Shown here in pieces: positions 31,065 through 40,462 of a stretch of 49,031 nt of DNA. Every line of letters starts with the position of its first letter. Positions within the stretch are counted from its first letter, which is position 1. The notes below the pieces were generated by a model, which was not told the DNA's origin, did no database searches, and saw only the letters and a program-made list of their open reading frames with translations. This DNA comes from Burkholderiaceae bacterium (GTDB taxonomy: Bacteria; Patescibacteriota; Saccharimonadia; Saccharimonadales; AQU-01). Position numbers and translations under genes: made by a program. The stretch covers positions 1 through 49,031 of the forward strand of contig JAYVTZ010000008.1 in NCBI GenBank assembly GCA_043788365.1. Reading direction: 5' to 3'.

Positions 31065-31214
31065 ATGGGAAAACCAAAGAAGCGAACCAGCCCCAGACGA
31101 ACTGGCACGCGGCGCAGTCACCTAGCCCTAAAGTTAGCTCGCGCTGTCAATGCTAAGTCTCCCGTCAAGGCCTATACTACTCGCCGTGAATCCGGTAAAG
31201 CAGCAGTAAAGTAG
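31065..31214 (+). CDS. rpmF: 50S ribosomal protein L32 (absent from the ORF track)
   Basis: MGKPKKRTSPRRTGTRRSHLALKLARAVNAKSPVKAYTTRRESGKAAVK*; PKKRTS..R...RRSH signature; AAAGGA RBS; upstream of nusB-rnc. Confidence 0.85.
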   Translation: MGKPKKRTSPRRTGTRRSHLALKLARAVNAKSPVKAYTTRRESGKAAVK

Positions 31215-31267
31215 TACAAGTTAACAATTAGTTTTTAGTAGGAAAGTAGCTAGCTTAACAATATATC

Positions 31268-31750
31268 ATGAGTGCCAATCGCCACCTCGGTCGCATCGTA
31301 GCCCTTCAGACTCTATACGAGCAGGATTTTCGACGTGAATGTGGCGATGACCAGTTTGACCTAGTCGAGGTTTTGAATCGTAATATTGAGCGCTATCGTA
31401 AAACGATTGAGGATCCGCAGTTTATCATTAAACTGGTTAACGGTGTCGCTGCTAAAATCGATGAACTAGATGGTATTTTGCAACCAATTGCACCTGAGTG
31501 GCCAATCGATCAAATTGCTCGTATGGACAGGGTTGTGCTCAGGATCGGCTTGTACGAGTTGATGTACCAGAAGGACGTGCCGGCCAAGGTTGTAATTAAT
31601 GAAGCGGTTGAACTAGCCAAGTCATTTGGTGGTGACAATAGTTCAAAGTTTATAAATGGCGTCCTCGGTACAGTACTCAGACAAAGCGAAGTTAGCTCGA
31701 TAGTCATTGCCAAAAAACCGGCAAAAGCTAAGAAAGTATCAACCAAATGA
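31268..31750 (+). CDS. nusB: Transcription antitermination factor NusB
   Basis: [31 protein letters not shown]...S.KFINGVL. Confidence 0.95.
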   Translation: MSANRHLGRIVALQTLYEQDFRRECGDDQFDLVEVLNRNIERYRKTIEDPQFIIKLVNGVAAKIDELDGILQPIAPEWPIDQIARMDRVVLRIGLYELMYQKDVPAKVVINEAVELAKSFGGDNSSKFINGVLGTVLRQSEVSSIVIAKKPAKAKKVSTK

Positions 31751-32250
31751 TGAAAAGACCAAAACCAATTCAAGGCATTAAGAAGCTGGTGACACGCAAG
31801 CGACCGGCGATTAATGAAGTTGTTCGCGAGCCGACGGCTGGAGGTGTAGTATTTAGACGTAACCCCAAGACTAAAGCCGTCGAAATCTTGCTGATTCAGG
31901 ATGCCAAAAACCGTTGGACAATTCCCAAAGGTCATATCGAAGAAGGCGAGTCGGCTAAAGAAACTGCTGCTCGCGAAATCGGTGAAGAGACAGGGCTGTC
32001 AGATATAAAAGTTCTGAACTGGCTTGGTAAAATCAATTTTCGTTATCGCCGTCAACAAAGCTTAGTGCTGATGACTACCGAGATATTCTTAGTTCAAGCT
32101 AACAGCAAGACCGATGAACTCAAGCCAGAGGACTGGATGAACGGCATCCAATGGTTCTCGACTAATGACGCGCTTGATAAAATTGAGTACGAAGACATTG
32201 GTAAAATAATTTTAATTGGACTGACCAAAATGCGACAGGCGGGGCTTTAG
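31747..32250 (+). CDS. NUDIX hydrolase (Ap4A hydrolase-like)
   Basis: [28 protein letters not shown]. Confidence 0.9.
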   Translation: MMKRPKPIQGIKKLVTRKRPAINEVVREPTAGGVVFRRNPKTKAVEILLIQDAKNRWTIPKGHIEEGESAKETAAREIGEETGLSDIKVLNWLGKINFRYRRQQSLVLMTTEIFLVQANSKTDELKPEDWMNGIQWFSTNDALDKIEYEDIGKIILIGLTKMRQAGL

Positions 32251-32257
32251 TTAATTT

Positions 32258-32959
32258 ATGCAAGATTTTTCGGTTTATCAGCAATTTGCGACTACCAAGC
32301 TAGGGCTAACCTTTACCGACCTTAGTTTGCTGGTGACGGCATTCACGCATCGTTCTTATGTCAATGAACATCGTAAGACAGTCCAGTTTCACAACGAGCG
32401 CTTGGAATTTTTGGGTGACGCCGTGCTGGAACTAGTCGTAACTGAGTATTTATACAGTAATTTTGATGATCCAGAGGGGATCTTGACCAACTGGCGCAGT
32501 GCCCTGGTGCGAACTGAAAGTATCAGTGCTGCCGCCTCAAGGCTAGAGTTTGAACCGCTACTACGCCTGAGCCGTGGTGAAAAACGCGGCACCGACAGAG
32601 CTCGCTCACAAATCTTGGCCAATAGTTATGAAGCTGTCATAGGCGCCGTTTACCTCGACCAAGGCTATGACGCAGCTAAAGTATTTATTACCGACAGTCT
32701 TATCATCACCTTTAGCGAAATCCTCAAGACTGGCTCTTGGATGGATGCAAAATCACATCTCCAAGAGTTAGTTCAAAGTCACGATGGCTATACGCCTGTC
32801 TATAAGGTAATCAGTGAAGACGGTCCTGATCATGACAAGGTTTTTACAGTTGGCGTAATGGTTAATGGCGAGCTCAAGGGGCAGGGGACAGGACCAAGCA
32901 AGCAAGCGGGACAGCAAAAAGCGGCTGAGGCTGCGCTAGAAGCGTACAAGCAGGTATAG
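32258..32959 (+). CDS. rnc: Ribonuclease III
   Basis: THRSY, NERLEFLGDAVL, C-terminal dsRBD. Confidence 0.97.
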   Translation: MQDFSVYQQFATTKLGLTFTDLSLLVTAFTHRSYVNEHRKTVQFHNERLEFLGDAVLELVVTEYLYSNFDDPEGILTNWRSALVRTESISAAASRLEFEPLLRLSRGEKRGTDRARSQILANSYEAVIGAVYLDQGYDAAKVFITDSLIITFSEILKTGSWMDAKSHLQELVQSHDGYTPVYKVISEDGPDHDKVFTVGVMVNGELKGQGTGPSKQAGQQKAAEAALEAYKQV

Positions 32960-33005
32960 AGTAGACGCGCATCTTTGGCGCATTTACGCGCGCGTAAGCC
33001 ATTCC

Positions 33006-33034
33006 TTGACTAATCTGTTGTTTATCTGTAAAAT
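33006..33034 (+). promoter_or_regulatory. Sigma70 promoter of rpsP
   Basis: TTGACT-17 bp-TAAAAT. Confidence 0.65.
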
Positions 33035-33084
33035 ACATTAAGAATTATTTATAAAGTTTAAGCTCCAGGGAGTAAATTCATTCA

Positions 33085-33594
33085 ATGTTAGCTATTCGTA
33101 TGCAACGCACCGGCCGCAAAGGACACGCATCTTTCCGCGTTGTCGTTCAAGACTCATCACAAACACCATCTAGTGGCAAGGTTGTTGCGCAAATTGGTAC
33201 GTACGATCCACACTCCAAAGCCACTGTTATCGACAAAGAAAAGGCCAGTTTTTATCTTACTAATGGCGCTCAGCCATCACCTCGCGTTGCCGTACTGTTA
33301 GCCAAAGAGGGTGTTAAGTTACCGACTTGGGTAGAGAAAAAAGTTAAGAAGTCATCGATTATTCGTCACCCAGAAAAGTTACGTCGTAATCGCCCAGCCG
33401 AAGAAAAAGCTCTTGAAGTTGAAGATGTCGAAGTTCCAGAAGTAGCCGAAGCTGCTACTGAAGCGCCAGTGCCTGAAGTAACCGAGGCTCCGACTGAAGA
33501 TGCCACTACGCCAGAAGTGGCTGAGACGGTTAGTGAAGTTGTTACTGACGAGGCCGCTGCTGAAGCGACCGAAGAACCTGCTCCAAAAGCCTAA
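33085..33594 (+). CDS. rpsP: 30S ribosomal protein S16 with acidic low-complexity C-terminal extension
   Basis: LAIRMQRTGRK...FRVVVQDS...IGTYDP, GAQPS. Confidence 0.95.
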   Translation: MLAIRMQRTGRKGHASFRVVVQDSSQTPSSGKVVAQIGTYDPHSKATVIDKEKASFYLTNGAQPSPRVAVLLAKEGVKLPTWVEKKVKKSSIIRHPEKLRRNRPAEEKALEVEDVEVPEVAEAATEAPVPEVTEAPTEDATTPEVAETVSEVVTDEAAAEATEEPAPKA

Positions 33595-33668
33595 AATATA
33601 ACAACAATCTAGACGGTTGATTCTGCTATAATAGAGTCTATTACCACGTAATCGGAGTTACCAGAAAC

Positions 33669-34151
33669 ATGAGTAGCATTGACGAACAGTTTGTAGAATT
33701 TATAGTAAAATCACTTGTCGGTAATCCCGATGCCGTTAAAATTGAACGTCGTATTGACGAAAAGGGTGTTCTGCTAGAGCTGACAGTTGACCCAGAAGAC
33801 CTAGGACGCGTTATCGGTAAAAGAGGCGCTACGGCACAGAGCTTACGCACACTATTACGCGCACTTGGGACAAAGAATGACGCCCGTTATAACCTAAAAA
33901 TTGTCGATAATGGCGAGCCACGCCCACCACGCCGTGAAGATGACCAGGCTAGCCACGCCAGCGAATCAATACCTCAAGTTGACGCTTCTGTATCATCTGG
34001 TACAGTTGACGACAAGGCATGGTCGAGTAGCAAGCCTAGCGATGACGAAGAAGACAAAGTTGATGCAGTTATTGCAAGTGATAGCGAAACTAGCTCTCGC
34101 GCTGACCAGACTCGTAAAGAGTTGGAAGACCTCGACGACCTCGATTTGTAA
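33669..34151 (+). CDS. khpA: KH-domain RNA-binding protein (KhpA/UPF0109)
   Basis: VDPEDLGRVIGKRGATA (GxxG); located after rpsP. Confidence 0.9.
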   Translation: MSSIDEQFVEFIVKSLVGNPDAVKIERRIDEKGVLLELTVDPEDLGRVIGKRGATAQSLRTLLRALGTKNDARYNLKIVDNGEPRPPRREDDQASHASESIPQVDASVSSGTVDDKAWSSSKPSDDEEDKVDAVIASDSETSSRADQTRKELEDLDDLDL

Positions 34152-34152
34152 A

Positions 34153-34737
34153 CTAAAAAACTGGTACGATAAAACCAGGCTTGTCTGGCAGTATTAGTTG
34201 CGGACCATGATCGTGCCGAATGCTTGCTCTATATAGTACACGGTATTCCCCGGCATCAATATTAACTGGGTCGGCACAATGTAGTTGTTCGTCTGGATCA
34301 AAAATCGAGGCGTATCCATCGGGTGCTGATCGGAAATTATCATACTGAGTAAGGGTGCTAAGTTCGCCATACCGTCTACCATATAGTTCTTTGTTTTTGG
34401 TGAAAAGAGTACTAGATTCTTCTCCGTCAGCATTCATGCCGATTGTTATGTAAGTTACAGTTCCTGGCTGGTCACTGTCGTAGTGAACGTCAGTTGAGTA
34501 ATTTTGACTGGCTAGTTTTTCCGTATCAGTTTTATAGATATGTCCAAATCGTTCAGGGTTTGACTCGATTAAATCTGGCATAAGAAGAGTCACATATTTA
34601 GCAAATAAGAGCTTCTTATGATCGTTTTGGAGTTTTAATTTATTCCGACTAGTGCGGTCGAAAGGGGCATAAAATCCATCACCAATATCTGCTTCAGCAA
34701 AAAATACCACTATGACCACCCAACTATTTAAAAACAA
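34153..34737 (-). CDS. Hypothetical protein, possibly 2OG-Fe(II) dioxygenase-like
   Basis: VHYD...LHCA...YRVLYR (HxD..H..R); start uncertain. Confidence 0.5.
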   Translation of the reverse strand: MFLNSWVVIVVFFAEADIGDGFYAPFDRTSRNKLKLQNDHKKLLFAKYVTLLMPDLIESNPERFGHIYKTDTEKLASQNYSTDVHYDSDQPGTVTYITIGMNADGEESSTLFTKNKELYGRRYGELSTLTQYDNFRSAPDGYASIFDPDEQLHCADPVNIDAGEYRVLYRASIRHDHGPQLILPDKPGFIVPVF

Positions 34738-34769
34738 TAAGAAACATGTTATAATAATACCATAAATCC

Positions 34770-35408
34770 ATGAAAGTACAAATAATTACCTTATTTCCAG
34801 ACATGTTCCCGGGTGTATTCAACGCCAGTATGCTTTGGAAGGCTCAAGACCGTAAGCTGGTTGATATTAGTTATATTGACCTGCGTCAGTTCGGGATTGG
34901 ACCACGTAAACAGGTCGATGATACACCCTATGGTGGTGGTGACGGTATGCTACTCAAGGTTGACCCTCTTGTCGAAGCGATTGAACTTGCCAAGAAGAAC
35001 GACCCTAAAGCCATCGTTATTCTACCAACTCCAAGAGGTAAAGCTTATAAACAGTCTGATGCTAAAAGACTTGCAGCTAGTACAAAGGGTCTTATTTTCG
35101 TCTGTGCCCGTTATGAAGGTTACGACGAGCGAGTAGTTGACTGGATAGACGAGCAGTTTAGTATTGGTAACTATGTTTTAACTGGTGGTGAATTGCCATC
35201 GATGGTGATTGCCGACAGTATCATACGTCTAATTCCTGGAGTTTTAGGCGGTGATAACAGCGCCGAATTTGAATCTTTTCAACAGGACGATGTTTCGATA
35301 GAATTTCCGCAATATACCCGTCCTGAACAGTTCAGGGGCAAAAAAGTACCGGGCATATTACTAAGTGGTCATCACGAGGAAATTGATAAATGGCGCAGAG
35401 AAAATTAA
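34770..35408 (+). CDS. trmD: tRNA (guanine37-N1)-methyltransferase
   Basis: VDDTPYGGGDGM, CARYEGYDER, SIGNYVLTGGELP, PQYTRP, LLSGHH. Confidence 0.97.
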   Translation: MKVQIITLFPDMFPGVFNASMLWKAQDRKLVDISYIDLRQFGIGPRKQVDDTPYGGGDGMLLKVDPLVEAIELAKKNDPKAIVILPTPRGKAYKQSDAKRLAASTKGLIFVCARYEGYDERVVDWIDEQFSIGNYVLTGGELPSMVIADSIIRLIPGVLGGDNSAEFESFQQDDVSIEFPQYTRPEQFRGKKVPGILLSGHHEEIDKWRREN

Positions 35409-36262
35409 ATAGCGGTCCAGATAGACTGACTGAGTTTACTAACGGTCCAGCGGTAGACGCCCTGGAACGGTCACTATGGGTTGCAGGTGCCGCGTTGAGA
35501 GATTCTGGGATAATTAGCACTCGAGATTTCGATCTGACCGAAGTGTCTAGACGTAGACAAGTAACAGGAAAAATCAGTGAACTACGCCGTCCAGTATCTT
35601 TAGTAGCTGCAAACAAACCTGATTTTGTAATTAACGGCGATGTCTATAGGTCGCATTTAACCGAGTTCGATCAAACGATGCAAAAGACCGCCGATGGTCT
35701 AGATGTTCAAAAAATAGCTGAGAATTACTCTAGTTTAGTTGCTTGGGGTGAATTAGCACTCAGGCAAGCTATAGTAAGTCCAACCTATAGTCGTTCACCA
35801 AAAAGGCTTAAAGCTATAAGTGATTTATTAACAGATAGAGAAGATTTTACTTCTCATTTCAAGGAAAGACATGCTGGTTCTGAGCTTTCAGGCTTAATGA
35901 GTAGAGTGGATGACTCGGCAATGATACAAGTAAATGGGCTACGAGCCGGACTCACTATTGTACGAGCCGGACTACAGGATGAAGGTATGGATCCAATTAC
36001 AGATGATGTTGTGCTTGCAGCTAATGCCGCACTAGAGGAATATGTCGGCAAAGAAGGCCCTTACTACGTAGATACTGCTACAAATTATTTGAATCTTAGT
36101 GCCGAGTACGGAGTAAGTGCATTTTCTTACGCAGTGCCGGAGTGGATGTTAGTATTGGCCGTACCGACTCCTGTTGAGAAAGTATTACCAATCGTCGATC
36201 AGAAATGGGTTGATAAAGTTGGTGAGATTAACTGGAATCCATCGTTTGTTATCGATAAATAG
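35390..36262 (+). CDS. Hypothetical protein
   Basis: 290-aa ORF overlapping the 3' end of trmD; no motif recognised. Confidence 0.6.
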   Translation: MAQRKLNSGPDRLTEFTNGPAVDALERSLWVAGAALRDSGIISTRDFDLTEVSRRRQVTGKISELRRPVSLVAANKPDFVINGDVYRSHLTEFDQTMQKTADGLDVQKIAENYSSLVAWGELALRQAIVSPTYSRSPKRLKAISDLLTDREDFTSHFKERHAGSELSGLMSRVDDSAMIQVNGLRAGLTIVRAGLQDEGMDPITDDVVLAANAALEEYVGKEGPYYVDTATNYLNLSAEYGVSAFSYAVPEWMLVLAVPTPVEKVLPIVDQKWVDKVGEINWNPSFVIDK

Positions 36263-36321
36263 CCCTTCGATTTCGACTATAGTTGTATAATAGATAGTGT
36301 AGAAAAAAATGGAGGGAAGTA

Positions 36322-36699
36322 ATGAAATTTATTAAGCCAGTTTATGCGCATTGTGATTTGCCATGTGGAGTTTATGACCCAGCCCAGGCCCGGATTGAGG
36401 CGCAAAGTGTTCTTGAGATTCAAAAGAAATACGAGGGGCTAGATGATGTCGGCAAGACCAGGGCGATATTCATAAAAGAACAACGGGCAGAACTCGTTAA
36501 GCAGCATTTATGGGTACTTTGGAGTGATTACTTTAAACCTGTTCATCTTGAAAAATATCCGAACCTTCATGATTTATTTTGGAAAGCGACTAAGCAAGCT
36601 AGTGAGTGCAAACATCACATGGAACCGGAAGAAGGCCAGACGCTACTCGACATGATCGACGAAATTGCCAAAATCTTCTGGGAAACTAAAAAGGTCTAA
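36322..36699 (+). CDS. sodN: Nickel superoxide dismutase
   Basis: Ni-hook HCDLPCGVYDP after a short propeptide; LWSDYFKP, IFWETK. Confidence 0.96.
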   Translation: MKFIKPVYAHCDLPCGVYDPAQARIEAQSVLEIQKKYEGLDDVGKTRAIFIKEQRAELVKQHLWVLWSDYFKPVHLEKYPNLHDLFWKATKQASECKHHMEPEEGQTLLDMIDEIAKIFWETKKV

Positions 36700-36702
36700 A
36701 TA

Positions 36703-37014
36703 ATGAATTCACCAATCATGATAAGGCGTGTCCGCGGCGCTAGTATGGAACCGTCGCTTACTCACGGTCAGTTAATTGTGGCGATTCGTCGTAGTCGACC
36801 AAAGCCCAATCAAATCGTTATTGTTTTGCACGACGGCAAAGAAAAAGTTAAGCGTATATCTGAAGTTGATGGCGCCCACGTCTTTTTACTTGGCGATAAC
36901 CCCGACCAAAGCAAGGACAGTCGTCAATTTGGGCTGGTTCTATCCAATAGTATCCTAGGTACAGTTCTCTGGCCAAGACGAAAAACACCAAAACTTAATC
37001 AGCCGATTGACTAA
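36703..37014 (+). CDS. sodX: Ni-SOD maturation peptidase (S26-like)
   Basis: V.G.SMEPSL, KVKRI, GDNP..S.DSR.FG; directly after sodN. Confidence 0.88.
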   Translation: MNSPIMIRRVRGASMEPSLTHGQLIVAIRRSRPKPNQIVIVLHDGKEKVKRISEVDGAHVFLLGDNPDQSKDSRQFGLVLSNSILGTVLWPRRKTPKLNQPID

Positions 37015-37876
37015 CACTGCTTGGATGTTTTCTGAACAATCGCTCTGTAATTAAGAATGTTATAAAAGCGTAGCCAATTCCCAATATGACATCAAACACG
37101 TAATGTTCGCCTAGGTAAACTATGCCCAAGAACATCAGTAGTGGGTAGATAGTTGCAATTAATCCCCACTTCTTGCCAAATAGTTTGTAAATAATGATTG
37201 CGAACAGTGTTGCATATGCAGCGTGCAGTGATGGCACTGCCGCTACTGGGTTAGGGGCAATTTTGTTATAAAGTGAAGGGAAGTCATGCACGCCGAGTGC
37301 AAACCAGACCCGACTTGAAATTCTAGTTATTGGCTCAATCAAGCCCATGTCACTTGCCATCCACGGTGGTGCCGCTGGGTATATTAAATAGGTCAAGAAA
37401 CCCATAAATGATAGTACGAGATATGACCCGACAAAGTGCCAATAAAAACTATCTCGCTTTTTCCAGACCAATACAGCTAGAGCTAGAGGCATCACAAAGT
37501 GGAGCATATAGACAATATAAAAAAGGAAGTCATACCACTGGACAGTACCGTGCCAGAATAGATTCTGAAGTGATTTGGTTGGCAGAGTTCCAAAAAGCCA
37601 TTTATCGAACTCGGCCATCAGTGAGTAGTTAACGTGCGAGTTCAGGCTATGGGCTAGACCACGGAATGATTCGTAGACAATTAAAAGCGCCACGAATGGC
37701 AGTAGACGTTTCAATAGTTCTTTAGCTTGCCCGAACAACATGCCCAAAAAAGTTAGTACAATCAGTAACTTGTCTGGTGTTGGAAAGCTTGGCTTGGCGA
37801 CATAAACTGCCAACGTGACGGCAAGACCCAAACCTCCAATTACTCTATAAATTTTTGTTTTGGTTAGTTTCTTCAA
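36995..37876 (-). CDS. PAP2 superfamily membrane protein (Aur1/IPC-synthase-like)
   Basis: PAAPPW, AVPSLHAA, GEHYVFD. Confidence 0.85.
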   Translation of the reverse strand: MKKLTKTKIYRVIGGLGLAVTLAVYVAKPSFPTPDKLLIVLTFLGMLFGQAKELLKRLLPFVALLIVYESFRGLAHSLNSHVNYSLMAEFDKWLFGTLPTKSLQNLFWHGTVQWYDFLFYIVYMLHFVMPLALAVLVWKKRDSFYWHFVGSYLVLSFMGFLTYLIYPAAPPWMASDMGLIEPITRISSRVWFALGVHDFPSLYNKIAPNPVAAVPSLHAAYATLFAIIIYKLFGKKWGLIATIYPLLMFLGIVYLGEHYVFDVILGIGYAFITFLITERLFRKHPSSVSQSAD

Positions 37877-37893
37877 AGTAATCTTACCAAAAT

Positions 37894-38268
37894 TTATTTT
37901 TCTAATGCGTGTATTTGATCATGATTCAGGCCGTAGAAGTGAGCAACTTCGTGCCAAACGGTATGTCGAACACGCTCCCTGAGTTCGGCCACAGAGTTGC
38001 TAGCAAATTCCAGCGGCTTCTTAAAAATCGTAATCTTGTCGGGCAATACCAAATTATAATTTGAACCACGTTTGGTTAGGGGTATACCCTCGTAAAGCCC
38101 AAACAGGCTTTGGTCGTGTCTTAGTTGTAGCTTTAACCGTTGGTCATCTGACGGTACGTCTTCAACCACAAAAGCAACATTATTTAAGTTTTCGATGAAT
38201 TTGGGTGGGATAGCGTCCATGCCTGCACTGACCATTTGCTCAAACTGCTCATCGGATACTGAAATCAT
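37894..38268 (-). CDS. Zincin-like metallopeptidase (DUF1025-type)
   Basis: LFGLYEGIPL, PDKITIF, HEVAHFYG. Confidence 0.88.
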   Translation of the reverse strand: MISVSDEQFEQMVSAGMDAIPPKFIENLNNVAFVVEDVPSDDQRLKLQLRHDQSLFGLYEGIPLTKRGSNYNLVLPDKITIFKKPLEFASNSVAELRERVRHTVWHEVAHFYGLNHDQIHALEK

Positions 38269-38356
38269 AGATATATAATAGCAAACTTGCTATAACTAGC
38301 CTTAGCCCTATTGGCTTATTTTAGTGTAATATACTTAAGTATACATAAGGAGAATT

Positions 38357-39034
38357 ATGACAGGCGTAGTAGAATTCATAAAAATTGACACAATATCACC
38401 GGTCGTTGATTACTTAACAGAAACTATCTCGAATGCTCTTGTTCAGGGTAAACAAGTGCTATGGCTAGTGCCAGGTGGTTCGTCGATATCAATAGCTGCT
38501 GAAGTTAGTAAGAAACTCCAAGCCTACCCGCTCGATAAATTGTTTGTAACTCTGACTGATGAGAGATATGGTGACGTCGGTCATAAGGATTCAAACTGGT
38601 ATCAGTTAGAACAGGCTGGTTTTTCACTGCCTGGTGCAACCTTAAATCCAGTACTCGATGGTAGCGATTTTGACTCAACTGTGAAGCACTTTGCCAATCA
38701 TCTATCGGAAGATTTAAAAAGAGTAAATTTTCGAATTGGCTTTTTTGGTATTGGTCCTGATGGCCATACTGCTGGTATATTGCCTGCCAGCTCGGCTGCT
38801 AAAGATCAAAACTTAACTCATGGCTACGAGGCCGGTCCATTTAGGCGTATCACAATGACCCCAAATGCAATCATGCAGCTCGATGAAGCGGTCGTCTACG
38901 CTGTTGGTGAGACCAAGCATCAAATATTAGAACAACTTAGCACCGACATGCAGATTGACGCCCAGCCGGCTCAGGCACTTAAATCAGCACCTAAGCTAAT
39001 GATATTTAATGACCATGTTTCTAATAACGGATAA
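38357..39034 (+). CDS. pgl: 6-phosphogluconolactonase-like protein
   Basis: PGGSS, TDERY, GIGPDGHTA, RITMT; adjacent to zwf. Confidence 0.8.
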   Translation: MTGVVEFIKIDTISPVVDYLTETISNALVQGKQVLWLVPGGSSISIAAEVSKKLQAYPLDKLFVTLTDERYGDVGHKDSNWYQLEQAGFSLPGATLNPVLDGSDFDSTVKHFANHLSEDLKRVNFRIGFFGIGPDGHTAGILPASSAAKDQNLTHGYEAGPFRRITMTPNAIMQLDEAVVYAVGETKHQILEQLSTDMQIDAQPAQALKSAPKLMIFNDHVSNNG

Positions 39035-39037
39035 ATT

Positions 39038-40384
39038 ATGAGCACCAAAATTACCACACCGACAATTCTCGTCATAGTAGGCATTTCGGGTGATCTAGCA
39101 AGGCGTAAGCTATTGCCTGCGATTCGTGAAATTGCAGCCAGTGAATCGATGCCAGACAAGTTCAAGATTATTGGCATAACAAGGCGACAAATTGATATCG
39201 ATGAAGTCATGCCTTTTACCGGCGACCAAACATATCTTCGACAAGTCCTAGAGATTAGACAGATGGATTTGGATAATGTTGAGGACTATAAGAATCTAGA
39301 CGTCTACCTAAAGTCCATCGAGACGGACTTTGGGCCCGAAACCCAGCGTTTATTCTATTTGTCTGTACCACCGTTAGCTTCTCAGCCAGTAATAAGACTG
39401 ATGGGTGAATCTGGCCTATCAAAAGTACCACACACCAAGCTTTTGTCTGAGAAGCCTTTTGGCACCGACCTGACTTCAGCAGAAGATTTAATCAGGAGTA
39501 TTCACGACCATTTCAGCGAAGACCAGGTTTACCGCATCGATCATTATCTTGCGAAAGAGATGACACAGAACCTAGTTGTTTTTAGGTCTGGTAATTCACT
39601 CTTTAAAAGGACATGGAATAAAGACTTTATCGAGTCAATCGTGATTACTGCCAGCCAGCATTTTGGTATTGAAGGTCGGGCTACCTTCTACGAACAGACC
39701 GGTGCGCTAAGGGATATTATACAGAGCCACTTACTTCAACTCGCAGCCTTGACACTTATGGAGATTCCGAAAGGTGACGACTGGCAGGCGATACCAGACA
39801 GCCGCTTACGGGCCTTAGAAAAAATGAGTTTATTTAACAATCCAGAGACCAGTGTTACTCGGGGGCAATATCGTAGCTACAAAGAAGAAGTTAATAATCA
39901 ATCAAGCTCGGTCGAGACATTTGTTTCTTTAACAATTAAGTCGAGCGACCCTGTTTGGGAAAATGTACCGATTGTTTTGATAGCAGGCAAAGGTCTTGAT
40001 AATACCTCAACTGAAATCAAGATAAGCTATAAACGTGACGAAGTTGGTGAGTCAAATACCTTAATTCTTAGAATTCAACCAAACGAGGGCGTTGAGCTTC
40101 AGCTTTGGGCTAAGGAACCAGGTTATGAGCGTAAACTGCGACAATTGCCCTTAACATTCTCCTATAGTGAGCATTTTGCAGACGTTCCAGAAGCTTATGA
40201 AAGAGTCTTTGTTGACGCTATGAAAGGTGACAGAAGTCTATTTACTGGCAGTGAAGAAGTTTTAGCTTCTTGGCGAGTGCTTAGTCCGGTCCAAGAATAT
40301 TGGCAATCAGTAGGTGGCGACGGTTTAGTAATATACGAATCAGGCAGTAAAGCAAATGAGATTACTGATAACAGTAGCCAATAA
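39038..40384 (+). CDS. zwf: Glucose-6-phosphate 1-dehydrogenase
   Basis: GISGDLARRKL, EKPFG, RIDHYLAKE, GALRDIIQSHLLQ, RIQPNEG. Confidence 0.95.
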   Translation: MSTKITTPTILVIVGISGDLARRKLLPAIREIAASESMPDKFKIIGITRRQIDIDEVMPFTGDQTYLRQVLEIRQMDLDNVEDYKNLDVYLKSIETDFGPETQRLFYLSVPPLASQPVIRLMGESGLSKVPHTKLLSEKPFGTDLTSAEDLIRSIHDHFSEDQVYRIDHYLAKEMTQNLVVFRSGNSLFKRTWNKDFIESIVITASQHFGIEGRATFYEQTGALRDIIQSHLLQLAALTLMEIPKGDDWQAIPDSRLRALEKMSLFNNPETSVTRGQYRSYKEEVNNQSSSVETFVSLTIKSSDPVWENVPIVLIAGKGLDNTSTEIKISYKRDEVGESNTLILRIQPNEGVELQLWAKEPGYERKLRQLPLTFSYSEHFADVPEAYERVFVDAMKGDRSLFTGSEEVLASWRVLSPVQEYWQSVGGDGLVIYESGSKANEITDNSSQ

Positions 40385-40462
40385 GATTTGATCAACTTCC
40401 TTGCGCAGAAATATATTCTGTACTAACATCACAGATATAAGTAACAAAAAAAGGAGCCACAA

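Noticed and set aside
33400-33594. Tandem repeat or insertion in the rpsP 3' end
   Set aside because: Ordinary Glu/Ala/Pro-rich low-complexity tail, common on S16 proteins.
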